Source: Octopus bimaculoides (taxonomy: Eukaryota). From it: a DNA stretch of 64,000 nt. The translations under genes and the position numbers were made by a program. Location: assembly GCF_001194135.2 (NCBI RefSeq), contig NC_068983.1, positions 77,159,799 through 77,223,798 of the forward strand. Direction: 5' to 3'. Positions 13,819 through 26,915 of the stretch are shown here, one piece after another; the stretch's first letter is position 1; every line of letters begins with the position of its first letter. A model generated the notes under the pieces. It was not told the origin of the DNA. It worked only from the letters and a program-made list of their open reading frames with translations, and made no database searches.

Positions 13819-14106
13819 CCCGTGGGCATGTGGTGTAGTGGTTAAGAGTGCGGGATACTAACCCCAGTATTCTGGGTTCGATTCTAAGTAGTGACCTGAA
13901 CAATAATAATAATAGTAATAATAATAATAACAACATCGAAGAATACCTTAGGTATGAGAACCCAGGTTCGAAATTTCCCCAAGACACCTGAAGAAGGCTG
14001 GAGGGTATATCAGCCGAAACGTTGTGTTAGCAACAAACAAGATGAGGATAAATATCCGTTGAATGTAAATAATGTACATAATTCCTCATCTCTTAAATAT
14101 AGAACA
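13819..14106 (+). mobile_element. tRNA-headed SINE, family C: tRNA-like head + (AAT)n + hammerhead-containing 3' module
   Basis: Box A TGGTGTAGTGG and box B GGTTCGATTC, then (AAT)n at ~13882-13933, then a ~170-bp module shared with 32664-32810 (minus). Confidence 0.85.
13983..14028 (+). ncRNA. Minimal type I hammerhead ribozyme-like motif
   Basis: GACAC-CTGAAGA-A-GGCTG(gagggtatat)CAGCC-GAAAC-GTT^GTGTT. Helix I is 5 bp, helix II 5-6 bp, the core is intact, and helix III is the loopless palindrome AACGTT. Confidence 0.65.
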
Positions 14107-17100
14107 GAGATATTACATCTTATATGTATACATCATTCATTGTGATGTATATTTTTTTCTATATTGAGGGAGTGCGTTATCTAAGACGATCCCACCATTT
14201 TTAACAGGAATATTAGTTCAGTCTTATAGATGATATAGATGTGTTACTGGATATATAAAGTAATTGTTTGTTTCTTTTACGTAGTTTTCTTATTGATGTC
14301 GGGGACCTCCCTCGGAAGACGCCCTTTAGTAATCACATTTGAGGACACTTCATGCCATAACTGAAGATTTGGATTAAGATATTTTGGCTGCAAGCTGACG
14401 AAAATGAGATTGATACAAGTTAGGGAATATGGGAGGTGGAATTATCTTTGTAGTACATTATAGAAAATCTTTAACTTATTCTAGGTGAGCTAGATGAGTC
14501 ACTTATAGGACATTTACTTTCTGGTATAGGAGATTTTGTAGGTGTTGGCAAATAAGTATCTGTTGTGATTTGCGACGAGTATGAAGGAAACAACGCTATA
14601 TACACTAGGCATAATGATGTGGTTGAACGAACTTCTTCATATCATGATACGGTGATTAGTTTTGAGAATTCAAAAGTAGAATGCAAGTGTAGCGTGAATT
14701 TGCATTGATATGTCAATAGTTTTCTGGTAGTACAGTCAGAAATATAAATAACCACTGAAGATCGCGATGAACTGTAATTTGATATAATTTATATGGAAAA
14801 TATATATATAATTTATATGGAAAAGAATATTATTAAAAGATAGATTAAGCATATTAATTGTAAGTATAGTGATCAAATACCTTTTGGGGATGCAATAATA
14901 TCTTGTATAATACTTTTCATCTTCAAACGTACGTAACTCTCTAGAGATGGCAAATTTAACTAGCAAAACATGGATGGCTGGAAACTAAGTTATACAGTTA
15001 GAGGTTTTAAGTTTAATTTTTGTGAAGATGTGTAGCCATGCTGAGATAATTTTGATGCATTTTAAAACAAATGAAATTAGCTGACTAATCTACATCAGAA
15101 AATCTCTAAATACGAATAGTGAATAATTGTGTACCTATTCATTTGAACATCTACAATTTTATCGTATATGAGATAATATGTCATGTTTACAATAGTATTT
15201 ACATGTATTATTCTACTTTTTGTGTTTTGTGTGTTCCAACTTGAACAGCTAAAAAACCTTATTTTCCCATATGAAAGGAAAATTGTGAAATTAGTTAACA
15301 GTAGTGCATTCTTCTGGTGTACTTTATTTACGCACAAGTGGATATGATTTTGAGTATGACTTGATTACTTATTACCTCTGTATTAATTTGGATGCCGTCA
15401 GCGACGTGATTGGGAGAATATATGTATTAAAAAACAACACACTGAATTAGTAAAGAAAATCGAATTTGTAAATTACATTGATAGACATACACTCGGAAAA
15501 GCAACCAATTATCGGAGTTATAAGAGCCTAGGATTCATTAATTCATGGCGAATATTGCTACCTCACTCTGTTCGGAGTTAAATTCCATCTAATGCAATTT
15601 ATTGCATTTATACTCCCGCCAGAAATCGACTATGGTCAATCTCATATATTATCATACACATCATTTCTCAAATGCTCATAATAGGATGTATTACAAAATT
15701 TATCAACTATAAATAAGATATTGTGGCTTGATATATCATGATGTACACGCTGGTCCAAAGGTGTACTCATACTTTGCAAAGAAGCAATATTGAGCTGTTT
15801 TTCAGCCTAAGCATACATGTCTGAATGAATATTCCATTCCAGGTAGATTTCAAGAATAAAATATATCCCTGATTGTCATGAACAACCAGCAAACTGATTA
15901 TTGTGAATTGTTACCAACGACAAAAGTGGAAGTCGACAATTCTCTATAACATTGCAGCTCAGTATTGCAAAATATTTTGCCGAAATTAGAACAACTAATA
16001 TATTATGCCATATAGTAAACTGGTCTATACTAAATCGAAGCAGGGTGATGACAAATTCGTTTTCGCTTCGGAAAATTGTCTTGCATTAATTATTCATTCT
16101 GGTTCTTTATATTTATATGCTTAGATCAAATCCTACCGAGTTCGATATAATACTTTCGACAGGTAAAATTAAAATATTAGTCAACTACCGAGGTCGTTCG
16201 AGGGAATTAAGTAATCCTCTCCGCTTTTTTTTATATATGACCTTTTGCTTAACACAGTAAATCAAACCTGTTACTTTTCCGCAATATTACAGAAATATTT
16301 AATGACTTACTCAAGGGTAAACAAATTGAATATTATAACAAAGTTGAAAATAATTCTTCTGCTTAATCCCATTTTCATTAGGTGGATAAGAATTAATTTA
16401 CAAAAATTTCTTCGGTTGTATTAATTAATATTCCCGTTAACGTTCTTACATCTATTGTTGATTGTTACTTTCTGAATAAAAAAGAAATTAGGAAATTTAA
16501 ATCCATATTTTTAATTATCTAATTGCAAAGAATATCTCCTGGCATTTTGGAAAGAAAACATTCTCTCAGAATATAATAAGTTAATCAAATAAATATTTTG
16601 TCATGGATGTATTAGTTTCTTTTTAATGTTGAGAAGGTTCATTTATGAGAAAAATACAGTTTCAGAAAGTTCAAGAATTTAAATGAAATAGTAAATTGAT
16701 TTATTAAAGCGTCAGTTTTGGGATTGATGGTTATGAAGTTGCATCATGACGTAGGTGTTATGATATTTTGCTTTAGCAAATGCGCCTTATTATCGTTCTC
16801 TTCGTTGAATGCAAATCATAAAATGAAACAAACATGAGATAATCGTCCATCTGCCAAAATTTGAAATTCGCAAATTATACTTTATCAACTGTGTCACGAC
16901 GACTTGCATTATTTTAAAGTCGAAGTTGTTGTTTACGTTTCCTCTTGCGCACGACATGAAAACTCGTTAGATATTAAATGAATGAATATGTTGGTGAATT
17001 TAGAATACGAACAATCTTTATAATATAAGTAGAGTGAAAAGTGAGTGCCATCTAAAGATTATAAGTATCATATATATATCGGCTTTAAACCATATATATC

Positions 17101-17805
17101 GATTTTTAAAAATCACACGCCATCTAAAACTGTTTGACTTTCTTTGCATACATATTTATCGTCTAACCTAAAGGTTTGGGTTTGTAAGTACAATTTTGTG
17201 TTGATATATTGTCATTTCCTGCGCATCGAAATCTTTCAATTAAAATTGCCTCCGTAGTTTATTGAGAAACGCTTTTATATTTACGAGGTAGCACACATCG
17301 AAATAATGACCGGGCCAAACAAAGCCCGTTACCGAGGTGCAAAATAACATGCTAAATGTTTCTAAAACATCGACTAGCCTGTAGAAGCAAAGTATATGTT
17401 ATTGTGATGATGTTTCTGTAAATACTGTCTTCTTGAAACCAAGGTGGTGGAACTAGTGTTCGTTAATCATGTGGAGAAGATCATCTCATCTCGACATTTT
17501 GAGCTTGTATTTTATCCAAATCGCTTTCTGTTTCTCGTATTTCTTGACGTAATTCACATGTAATCATTATTGTATAAGACTCAGAAATTCGATTAATGTA
17601 TATTATACTGTAGATGCAACAGAGTAAAAATCTTTCATTGCAATCATTTAACGTCGCCAATTGTGAGTGTCCGATAATTTACAACTCCTTTTTTATAATG
17701 TTTTAATGATGTGGCAGACAACCTACAATGTTAAACCTTTATCAATGGTGTATACCCACTCAGGTGTTTTCATTCACTGGGCGCATTTAGATTTAGAGAA
17801 AAAGA

Positions 17806-17839
17806 TTACTACGTTTCGGTGTGAGCCTCATCAAGATAA
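17806..17839 (-). ncRNA. Degenerate minimal hammerhead-like relic
   Basis: Minus strand reads ttatc-TTGATGA-GG(ctcaca)CC-GAAAC-GTA^gtaa. C3 is altered, helix II is only 2 bp and helix I is bulged. Confidence 0.3.
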
Positions 17840-17885
17840 AATGTATCCATTACAGATACTGACACGTGTAACTATATACCCCTTA

Positions 17886-18082
<197 letters not shown>

Positions 18083-18083
18083 A

Positions 18084-18590
18084 CACGAGGTCTGATCGAT
18101 AAGTATCCGTACTTTTGCCATAGTAATGACGTTAAAACACGCAGAGAAAATCCGCTTGGCACAGAGTGACTTTGAACATTCTTGTGTATATGCACTAAGT
18201 TTTAACGTTCTACCTCACTTCTGTTGTTTACAGCACTGCTTGGAATGAAGGAGCGTGATCGTCGCATTGACCATGACAGAGATAGTTGCCATAGCGATGC
18301 CTGCTCAGAATCCTACGTAAAGTTGCACAATGTCTATGGAGCGGGGTGTATGACCTGCACACAAGTGTACACGTGGTTCAAGCATTTCCATGATTGCCGA
18401 AAATATGTCCATATTCACGAACGTTCTGGGAGAGCCGCAACCAGAAGAACAAGAACACATCGCAGATGTGCGTGCAGATGTGAGGGAAAATCGTCGAATC
18501 ACCATCCGTGCGTTATCAGAGTATGTATAGATTAATTACGGTTGAATTCAGTCCATTATCACTGACGATTTGCGTATGAGACGCTTCATA
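18084..18590 (+). mobile_element. Mariner element 5' part (TIR + N-terminal HTH region), truncated
   Basis: TA|CACGAGGTCTGATCGATAAGT TIR start; ESYVKLHNVYGAGCMTCTQVYTWFKHF...ERSGR...VRENRRITIRALS...IITDDLRMRR. Confidence 0.85.
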
Positions 18591-19578
18591 TGAGATGTTT
18601 CGTCTCTTTCTGTACTGAATTGAAATCCCATATCGGTATACTTAGGTTGCATATTTAATATCTTACTAACACCTCCGCTTGATACATTGTGTACCTTTAG
18701 TAAAGATCTCTCTGCTGCAAACATTTGACCCTGTTAACCGACTTTCGGACACCTTCACTTCATTCAAGCAATCATAGAGGCCCCATGCTACCTGGATTTA
18801 TTCTTCATAAGCCAACTGGTAAAAGAGACCCATCGCTTTTCTTACTGTATGAATCGTACTCTGCTCGGTTGTTATAAGTAAAGTTGATTAAATTGGAAAA
18901 GAATCGATGTTGATAGATCACAAAATGCCAAGCAGATATTGAGAGGAGATGGAGTTAATTATTGCAATTGTAAATATATTTGTGTCTTATATAAGACACA
19001 TAGCTTTGAGAGGAGGAGGTCATCGATAATATCAAACAACAGTGCTTAAGCTTTCGTTTATTTTATTGCTCCTGAAAGAATGGAAAAAAAATATAATAAT
19101 TCGGGGATTTTAAGCTTTGAATGTAAAAAGTCGCAAGACATAACAGAAGCCACTTTGCTTGTCGTTCTAACGAATCTGTCAGTGTTCTGCACTCAGTCAT
19201 AAATAATAACAATATAATTGTGCTGTTTGTGAAGACGAATGTGACGGTGATGATGACAACGACGGTGATGACTAAAATACCTACGACGAAAATGATTATG
19301 ATGAAGATATAATCTAATGAGTTTGCCATATGACTGAGGAAACCCACACTACTGGGTAGTTCGTGAAGACAATGATAACGATAACAAGGAAGCAGAAGGA
19401 GGTTGATGATTATTAGATTTAAGAGAATGTGAGTGGTAGTTATGAGGATATGATTAAAAATTACAATGATGATTAACAAGAGGTAATATTACGAAGGATT
19501 GTTGGATATTCGTAATCTTTAGTAGTTGATTCTTTAAAGTAATTATTATGGTCATCATATTACTAAAAGTTTATTAAT

Positions 19579-19802
19579 AAGGTGGTGGGCTCGTAGAATC
19601 GTTAGCACGCTGGACGAAGTGTTTCGCGGTATTTCGCCCTCCGCTATGTTCTCAGTTTAAATTCCATCGAGGTCGACTTTGCCTTTCATCCTTTTGGTGT
19701 CGATAAATTGAGTACCAGTGATTCACTGCAGCTGATATAATAGACTAACTACCTACCCCACCAAATTTCTATGATAGAAATACCTATAATAGAAATGATA
19801 TT
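19579..19802 (+). mobile_element. Family A SINE
   Basis: Homologous to 9823-10040; central gaggtcgactttgcctttcatccttttggtgtcgataaattgagtaccag. Confidence 0.85.
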
Positions 19803-20514
19803 ACTAAAGGTTTAGATGAGCAAATAATTGACTTAGCTACAATTGCCATTTCTCGTATTCCTTCATTTATTTAATTATACTGAGGCTGTTTGCAGGGAAA
19901 TAAACGCAAAACAAATATTAGAAACATAAACATACATTATTGAAGAAACAAAGGAAGGAAATTAATTTTAATTCGATATTGCCAAACAGGTAAAAATTAA
20001 CCAATTACAGCTTTCTGTTCAGTAAATGAATATTTTCTACTTTTGTTTGATTTAATATGCATTTTTCCATCCTCAAAACCTATATGTAGCTATAGTTAAT
20101 TTCAATTTAATGCTGCAAAAAAGCAACGGTGCTTAACATAATTAAAAGGAAAATAATTATAATAGTTTGAAGAGGTAAAGGAATACGATTAAGTGGATTT
20201 CCTTTAGTTTTTGCACTTGAGGTTATTTGAAGGAACAAGTCGGAATGCTGATATTAATTACTTTCATAAATTTCTGTACATAAATATATTTTCAGATGTT
20301 ATTTAATGTAAAATGCAAAACCTAAGAAGCTGCAAATGTTACGACTTCTTTCTGATTAGACAGGGGTTACTTCGTATGCTGTTATCCTTAATGAGAGTTT
20401 TTTTACATCTTAAATCCACTGTTCTTCGTGCGTCATTATAACACATCTAGGCAGACAATGTAAAAATATATATACTTACGGTTAGTTCGTCTTTATCATA
20501 TCATTCTTTATTGT

Positions 20515-20888
20515 GGAGGCGCAATGGCCCAGTGGTTGGGGCAGCGGACTCGCGGTCATAGAATCACGGTTTCGATTCCCAGGCCGGGCGTTGTGAGTGT
20601 TGATTGAGCGAAAACACCTAAAGCTCCACGATGCTCCGGCAGGGGATGGTGGCGAACCCTGCTGTACTCTTTCTCTCACTCTCACTTCCTGTTTCTGTTG
20701 TGCCTGTAATTCAAAGGGTCAGCCATATCACACTGTGTCACGCTGAGTATCCTTGAGAACTACGTTAAGGGTGCACGTGTCTGTGGAGTGCTCAGCCACT
20801 TGCATGTTAATTCCACGAGCAGGCTGTTCCGTTGATCGGATCAACTGGAACCCTTGACGTCGTAAGCGACGGAGTGCCAACAACAACA
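20515..20888 (+). mobile_element. tRNA-derived SINE, family B, apparently full length with (CAA)n tail
   Basis: Box A TGGCCCAGTGG, box B GGTTTCGATTCC, CpG-retaining body, ends gagtgccaacaacaaca. Confidence 0.85.
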
Positions 20889-22687
20889 TTCTTAATTAGA
20901 CATAAAACAGTGTGAGATTTGAAGATTTATACTTTATTTACATGAACAAAAAATAATCTAGCTGAAACTAAGTGCATTTTCATAAATATTTCGGCACAGG
21001 TTTTCGATAACTTTATGAAATTATTCTACTTCGGCAATTATAGTTCTTTGACAATGGCTCTCTTGATTTTTTCCGGGACCATAGACGATAAAGTTTCAAT
21101 ATGTTAAATGAATATTTATCTCATTGCCCAAACGTAGTCGAAACATTTATGACAACGGTTCCCTGCCAGAGGTTTCCAGTCCCATCCGAAAATAATACAG
21201 AAGTTACTTCAACATTTAGAAATGTGGTATTCTAAATCACTGAATTCCGCTAATATGGTAACTAACTGCGTTAGCAGCTTATCTGCTCAATGGGATCTGG
21301 AAGAAATGAATATCTTTTGATTGTTTTGAAGAGCATAGTATACTGATAATTAGGTGTATATATACCGTTCACCGTTTACTAGTCTGAGTTAGGGGCTAGA
21401 GCCATGCTGAATGATCACTTTTCAGTGTGTTTGAGTTTCTTTTCTGCATTTTATTTGTGTGTGTATGTGCGCGTGCGTGTATGAAGGCGGGAAGAAATTA
21501 AATATATCTTTCGTGTATGGAGATAAATGGAATTCTGATATTTTGAGCTTTACTTCAGCTTAACCTACCAGCAGTCTCTTTTGTCTTACATCAATCGTAT
21601 TTATTATATATTTTTAATCAATGGACGTTAAATAGATATTTGTTATATAGGTCATCACATCGAAAACTCTGCTTCACTAGTACTTTATTTTGATGATCAC
21701 GAAATGAGATATTTAGATTTGAGTCCGAAGGGATATAAACGCAGTACGCAAAGAAGAAAAAAAACAGTTTTCCGAACCACGAACGATTACGTCAATTAAA
21801 TACCATTATAAGAACAAAAATAATGATTTGGTATATTTTGACAATGATTCTATTTAATATAATCATAATTGCTTCAAATAATAAAATTACCGTTTCTGAC
21901 AAACACTCTTTCATTACCTACTTACAATATAATTATTCAGTTATATCGTACTATTAGCCGTTACGATAATAAAACACCAGTAAGACGATCAATATTGCTG
22001 AAACTTTTGTTGTAAACGGAATTCTAACACAATCTTATGTACCAAGTGTAATATTTAAGTTATTACTAATAGGTAGAAACCACGTTTTGGTGGGCAATGT
22101 AACCTAGGGGAATAAAACCATGAATCAATCTTAGACACGAGGTGCGGGATACCATTGCAGCAAAGAGACAGATTTATAATGTTGAGTAATAGCAAAAGTT
22201 TGAAAAAATTGATGCGGAATGAGCTAATTTCACGTGTACAATTCATATATATACATATATAATATAAAATAGACCTGTGTGTGTTTTTGTGTATTTGCTT
22301 TCATACATCGGATGCATGAATAATTTGATCTCGGATACATAATACGGACTTCAGTTCATCTTTTTTTTTTATTAAAAATAGACAACATTGCTTTCAATAG
22401 ATGATACACTGTTTAAAAAAAAATTTCCATGTCAACTTCCGGTATTGACGTAGCAACGGCGACATTTTTTTTGTTTTCATTTGCAAGACCTCTCACTCTC
22501 TATTAGAATGTTTTCATTTCAAGTGTTTATTTGCTATTTGCAAACAACTACGATAAATTACTGAAAGAAATATTTACCAACGTCACAAATTTAAATATTC
22601 GGTACAAGAGCTTTTATTTATACGATTTTTTTTTCATTTCATGTTTATTTTGTTCACTGTTTGCAATATTCTGTTTCCCCATCTTTC

Positions 22688-22689
<2 letters not shown>

Positions 22690-22736
<47 letters not shown>

Positions 22737-23070
22737 CTATCTCTCTCTCTCTCTCGCACACACAAGTCAGTCACACACGTACACTTGTGTTTTTTAGTGT
22801 ATGTTTGTAAACACAGAGAGTGTCAGTCAAGGGGTGTATTGACATTATCCGTACATACATAGGTACATATGCATACATCTTCTGTTGCATGCATGTGTGC
22901 GCGCGTGTGTGTATGAGACAGAGAGAGTGAGAGTGATGTCTAAATGACATTCACTCTCTCTCTCTCTCACACACTCATATATGTAAAAAAAGATGTATGC
23001 ATATTAATTTATGTATGTGTGTATAAATGAAAACACACTCCTCTCTCTCTCTCTCTCTCCCTCTCTCTCA
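22690..23070. repeat. (CT)n/(CA)n/(GA)n microsatellite cluster
   Basis: Direct reading. Confidence 0.85.
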
Positions 23071-23299
23071 CACACGCACATACGTCCATTTCATCTGATG
23101 TTTGATACTCTATGTACATGTGTGTTTGTGTGTGTGTTTGAGCATATGTAGTCGTTCCACGATCGCCATTTATTTCAATCAATCTTGTGAAAATGTTCAC
23201 GTAACTCATTGTTTCATTTAATCACCATCTTAATTTTCACAAAAGTATCCAACAACAATGTCCTTACTCTCTACAAGCAGAATCGGGGCAGATGTAGAT

Positions 23300-24385
23300 G
23301 TTCAATATTCTACAGTGAAGCAAAGGTAACCAGCGTCAATGTTGAATTCTGTATCTTTGTTAACGCTATTTCGTATGTTTGAAAATATATAAACATAGGT
23401 TTAGATGCTGCAGCATACTCTCTTATGCAGAATGACAGTCAGCAGGTGAATGAGAAATACAAAGATGCACAGTATGACAGAATAAGATACATCAGTACAA
23501 ATGTGGCTTCCTAGTACATCTTCAATCGTCCCATTAATGACAGGCACCCAGCCATCACTCATCAAAGTGTCCATCTAGAAAACGGGCACATGGTTATCTT
23601 TACAAAACAAATAGCTTTACAACAAGCACTTTCTCTCAAGGAAACTACCCTTACTGCGTTTTTAAAGCTGTGTCAAATAGATGAAGATGCAAGAAAACTC
23701 CTTTGCCCATAATTAGCCAAGTATTACACCCGGAGAAATAATAAATGACACAAGTGGAAACGGGCTGACGCTCTTGCAATAGTTTAAATTGTCCCCCTAC
23801 CAAGCCAAGTAGAATACTACTACTTATGGCTCCTTTTGCATGAAGCACGTGGTCCAAAATCATTCCAAGATCCGAGGAGGGTAAATGGTCATGTGTCTGA
23901 AACTTATAGGGAAGCATGTTATCAAGAAGGTTTTTTTTAGAAAATGATGAGCATTGAGACATTGCATTGACTGACGCATCAGTATCAGATTATCCATGGA
24001 AACTCCCTAACATTTTGCAATGACACCGAACATGTGTCAACTTGGCAGTCGCCAACCACTTTCGATGAAGCATCATGAGCTCACTGGCGGAGGACTTTAA
24101 CTATGCAGTTAAACAAGCAAATCCAAATAACTATATTCAGTTCTCTGAAACAATCTTTAACTAAGTACTGATTGAAATTGAGGATCAAGTTTTGGTCATA
24201 GGAGGCAAACATTTGCAAGGGTCTGGCGCTCGACTGCCCAAAACAAACCATTAAATTAGTGGTTTAACTTCAAGAGACATAGCAACAATGACAAATTATG
24301 ACCTCACAAACTTGGCTGAATTTGTGAATGAATATGAACCTAAATTTCTTCCGGAACAACGATGTGCAAATGAACAAATTTTTAG
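23300..24385 (+). mobile_element. Helitron Rep/helicase ORF fragment (Rep C-terminal region), inactivated
   Basis: VNVEFC...ISYV*KYINIGLD...RYISTNVAS*YIFNRPINDRHPAITHQSVHLENG...TTLTAFLKLCQ...YYLWLLLHEARGPKSFQD.RRVNG...TYREAC. This matches the Helitron motifs NVE..KY..KG / RY.S..EA.W / L.VHL / GP.SF. Confidence 0.9.
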
Positions 24386-24932
24386 CATTCTATTATTATT
24401 ATTAAAATTATTGCTGTTGTTGTTGTTGTTGTTGTTGCTGTCGTTGTTTTTGTTGTTGTATTAGGAAATTAAGACTTAATTTCCGAATTGAAGACTAAAA
24501 TGAATTTAGAATAACAAATTTATCTACAACATATTTTGCATTTTTCTTCCAATTTATAAGGAACAATTTCATTCCTGGTCATGGCTGAGTGCCTCTGGTA
24601 GNNNNNNNNNNNNNNNNNNNNNNNNNNNNNNNNNNNNNNNNNNNNNNNNNNNNNNNNNNNNNNNNNNNNNNNNNNNNNNNNNNNNNNNNNNNNNNNNNNN
24701 NNNNNNNNNNNNNNNNNNNNNNNNNNNNNNNNNNNNNNNNNNNNNNNNNNNNNNNNNNNNNNNNNNNNNNNNNNNNNNNNNNNNNNNNNNNNNNNNNNNN
24801 NNNNNNNNNNNNNNNNNNNNNNNNNNNNNNNNNNNNNNNNNNNNNNNNNNNNNNNNNNNNNNNNNNNNNNNNNNNNNNNNNNNNNNNNNNNNNNNNNNNN
24901 NNNNNNNNNNNNNNNNNNNNNNNNNNNNNNNN

Positions 24933-24975
<43 letters not shown>

Positions 24976-25022
24976 AGAGAGAGTGAGATAGAGAGAAAGA
25001 GATGAGGAGGAGAGCCCGTCGA

Positions 25023-25055
<33 letters not shown>

Positions 25056-26734
25056 TGTACATATATGTATATACATATATATACCGGCGTAAAGACATAA
25101 ATGTGAAACAAGCTGGAAAAAGGAATACTCAAATACCAGAGGCAGAGTAATGTTTTTATGTGGATGTCTCTATTGTAGGCATGCACATGTATTTGTATGT
25201 GTGCGTCTGTCTATATGTATAAGTAAGCGTGTATGGTTATATGTGTACACATATGTACAAGGATGTATATGTATGTATGTATGTATGTATACACTTATAT
25301 TTGTGTGGATACGTATTTACGTGCATATTTCCATATATTTATATACGTGATCTTATATGTGTATTTATATGCTAATATATACTTATTTATATATATATAT
25401 ATATACGTAACTTTATTTTATGCGTACGTCTGTTACACATATTCCGTCGCCTATCTCTCTTCCTTTTTTCCTTACGTAAAGTATCTTTCTCTCCCTATTC
25501 GTTACTGTGATAGCGTCCTTAAACAATGCTTTCCTCTTCTCCCTCCACCTTCTCTCTTTCTTTCGGTAGCTGTTACTTCTTTATATTTTCTTTCCCCAAA
25601 CTAAGTTTAAGATATACTTACTATCTCTCTTGTCTGTTATAACTAACTTGTGTATATATATATAAATACACCATGAGATTTTTGTGCGCGTGTATGATTA
25701 TGTGCATCTATATATATATATATNNNNNNNNNNNNNNNNNNNNNNNNNNNNNNNNNNNNNNNNNNNNNNNNNNNNNNNNNNNNNNNNNNNNNNNNNNNNN
25801 NNNNNNNNNNNNNNNNNNNNNNNNNNNNNNNNNNNNNNNNNNNNNNNNNNNNNNNNNNNNNNNNNNNNNNNNNNNNNNNNNNNNNNNNNNNNNNNNNNNN
25901 NNNNNNNNNNNNNNNNNNNNNNNNNNNNNNNNNNNNNNNNNNNNNNNNNNNNNNNNNNNNNNNNNNNNNNNNNNNNNNNNNNNNNNNNNNNNNNNNNNNN
26001 NNNNNNNNNNNNNNNNNNNNNNNNNNNNNNNNNNNNNNNNNNNNNNNNNNNNNNNNNNNNNNNNNNNNNNNNNNNNNNNNNNNNNNNNNNNNNNNNNNNN
26101 NNNNNNNNNNNNNNNNNNNNNNNNNNNNNNNNNNNNNNNNNNNNNNNNNNNNNNNNNNNNNNNNNNNNNNNNNNNNNNNNNNNNNNNNNNNNNNNNNNNN
26201 NNNNNNNNNNNNNNNNNNNNNNNNNNNNNNNNNNNNNNNNNNNNNNNNNNNNNNNNNNNNNNNNNNNNNNNNNNNNNNNNNNNNNNNNNNNNNNNNNNNN
26301 NNNNNNNNNNNNNNNNNNNNNNNNNNNNNNNNNNNNNNNNNNNNNNNNNNNNNNNNNNNNNNNNNNNNNNNNNNNNNNNNNNNNNNNNNNNNNNNNNNNN
26401 NNNNNNNNNNNNNNNNNNNNNNNNNNNNNNNNNNNNNNNNNNNNNNNNNNNNNNNNNNNNNNNNNNNNNNNNNNNNNNNNNNNNNNNNNNNNNNNNNNNN
26501 NNNNNNNNNNNNNNNNNNNNNNNNNNNNNNNNNNNNNNNNNNNNNNNNNNNNNNNNNNNNNNNNNNNNNNNNNNNNNNNNNNNNNNNNNNNNNNNNNNNN
26601 NNNNNNNNNNNNNNNNNNNNNNNNNNNNNNNNNNNNNNNNNNNNNNNNNNNNNNNNNNNNNNNNNNNNNNNNNNNNNNNNNNNNNATATATATATATATA
26701 TATATATACATACATATATGTGTACGCATATATA

Positions 26735-26915
26735 TATTTGCGTGTGTCTGTGTTTATCCACCACCATCGCTTGGCACCCACATAATTTGCGATAATGGTG
26801 ACCAGTAGAATAATTACTAGACTTGAAAAATACGTAATTAGTGGGCTTGTTTCGTTTGACTAAAATTCTTCATGCTTTTGTCTCAGCATGGCCACAGACT
26901 TATGACTGAAAGAAG
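26735..26915 (+). mobile_element. Family D (CORE-type, microsatellite-containing) SINE, 3' half
   Basis: gtgtgtctgtgtttatccaccaccatcgcttg...agcatggccacagacttatgactgaaaga follows a (TA)n and gap. The 5' half is probably in the gap. Matched from recall of the family. Confidence 0.55.

Noticed and set aside
14180-14720. Possible decayed retroelement on minus
   Set aside because: Only a vague INL..KG resemblance to a PLE N-terminus; insufficient.
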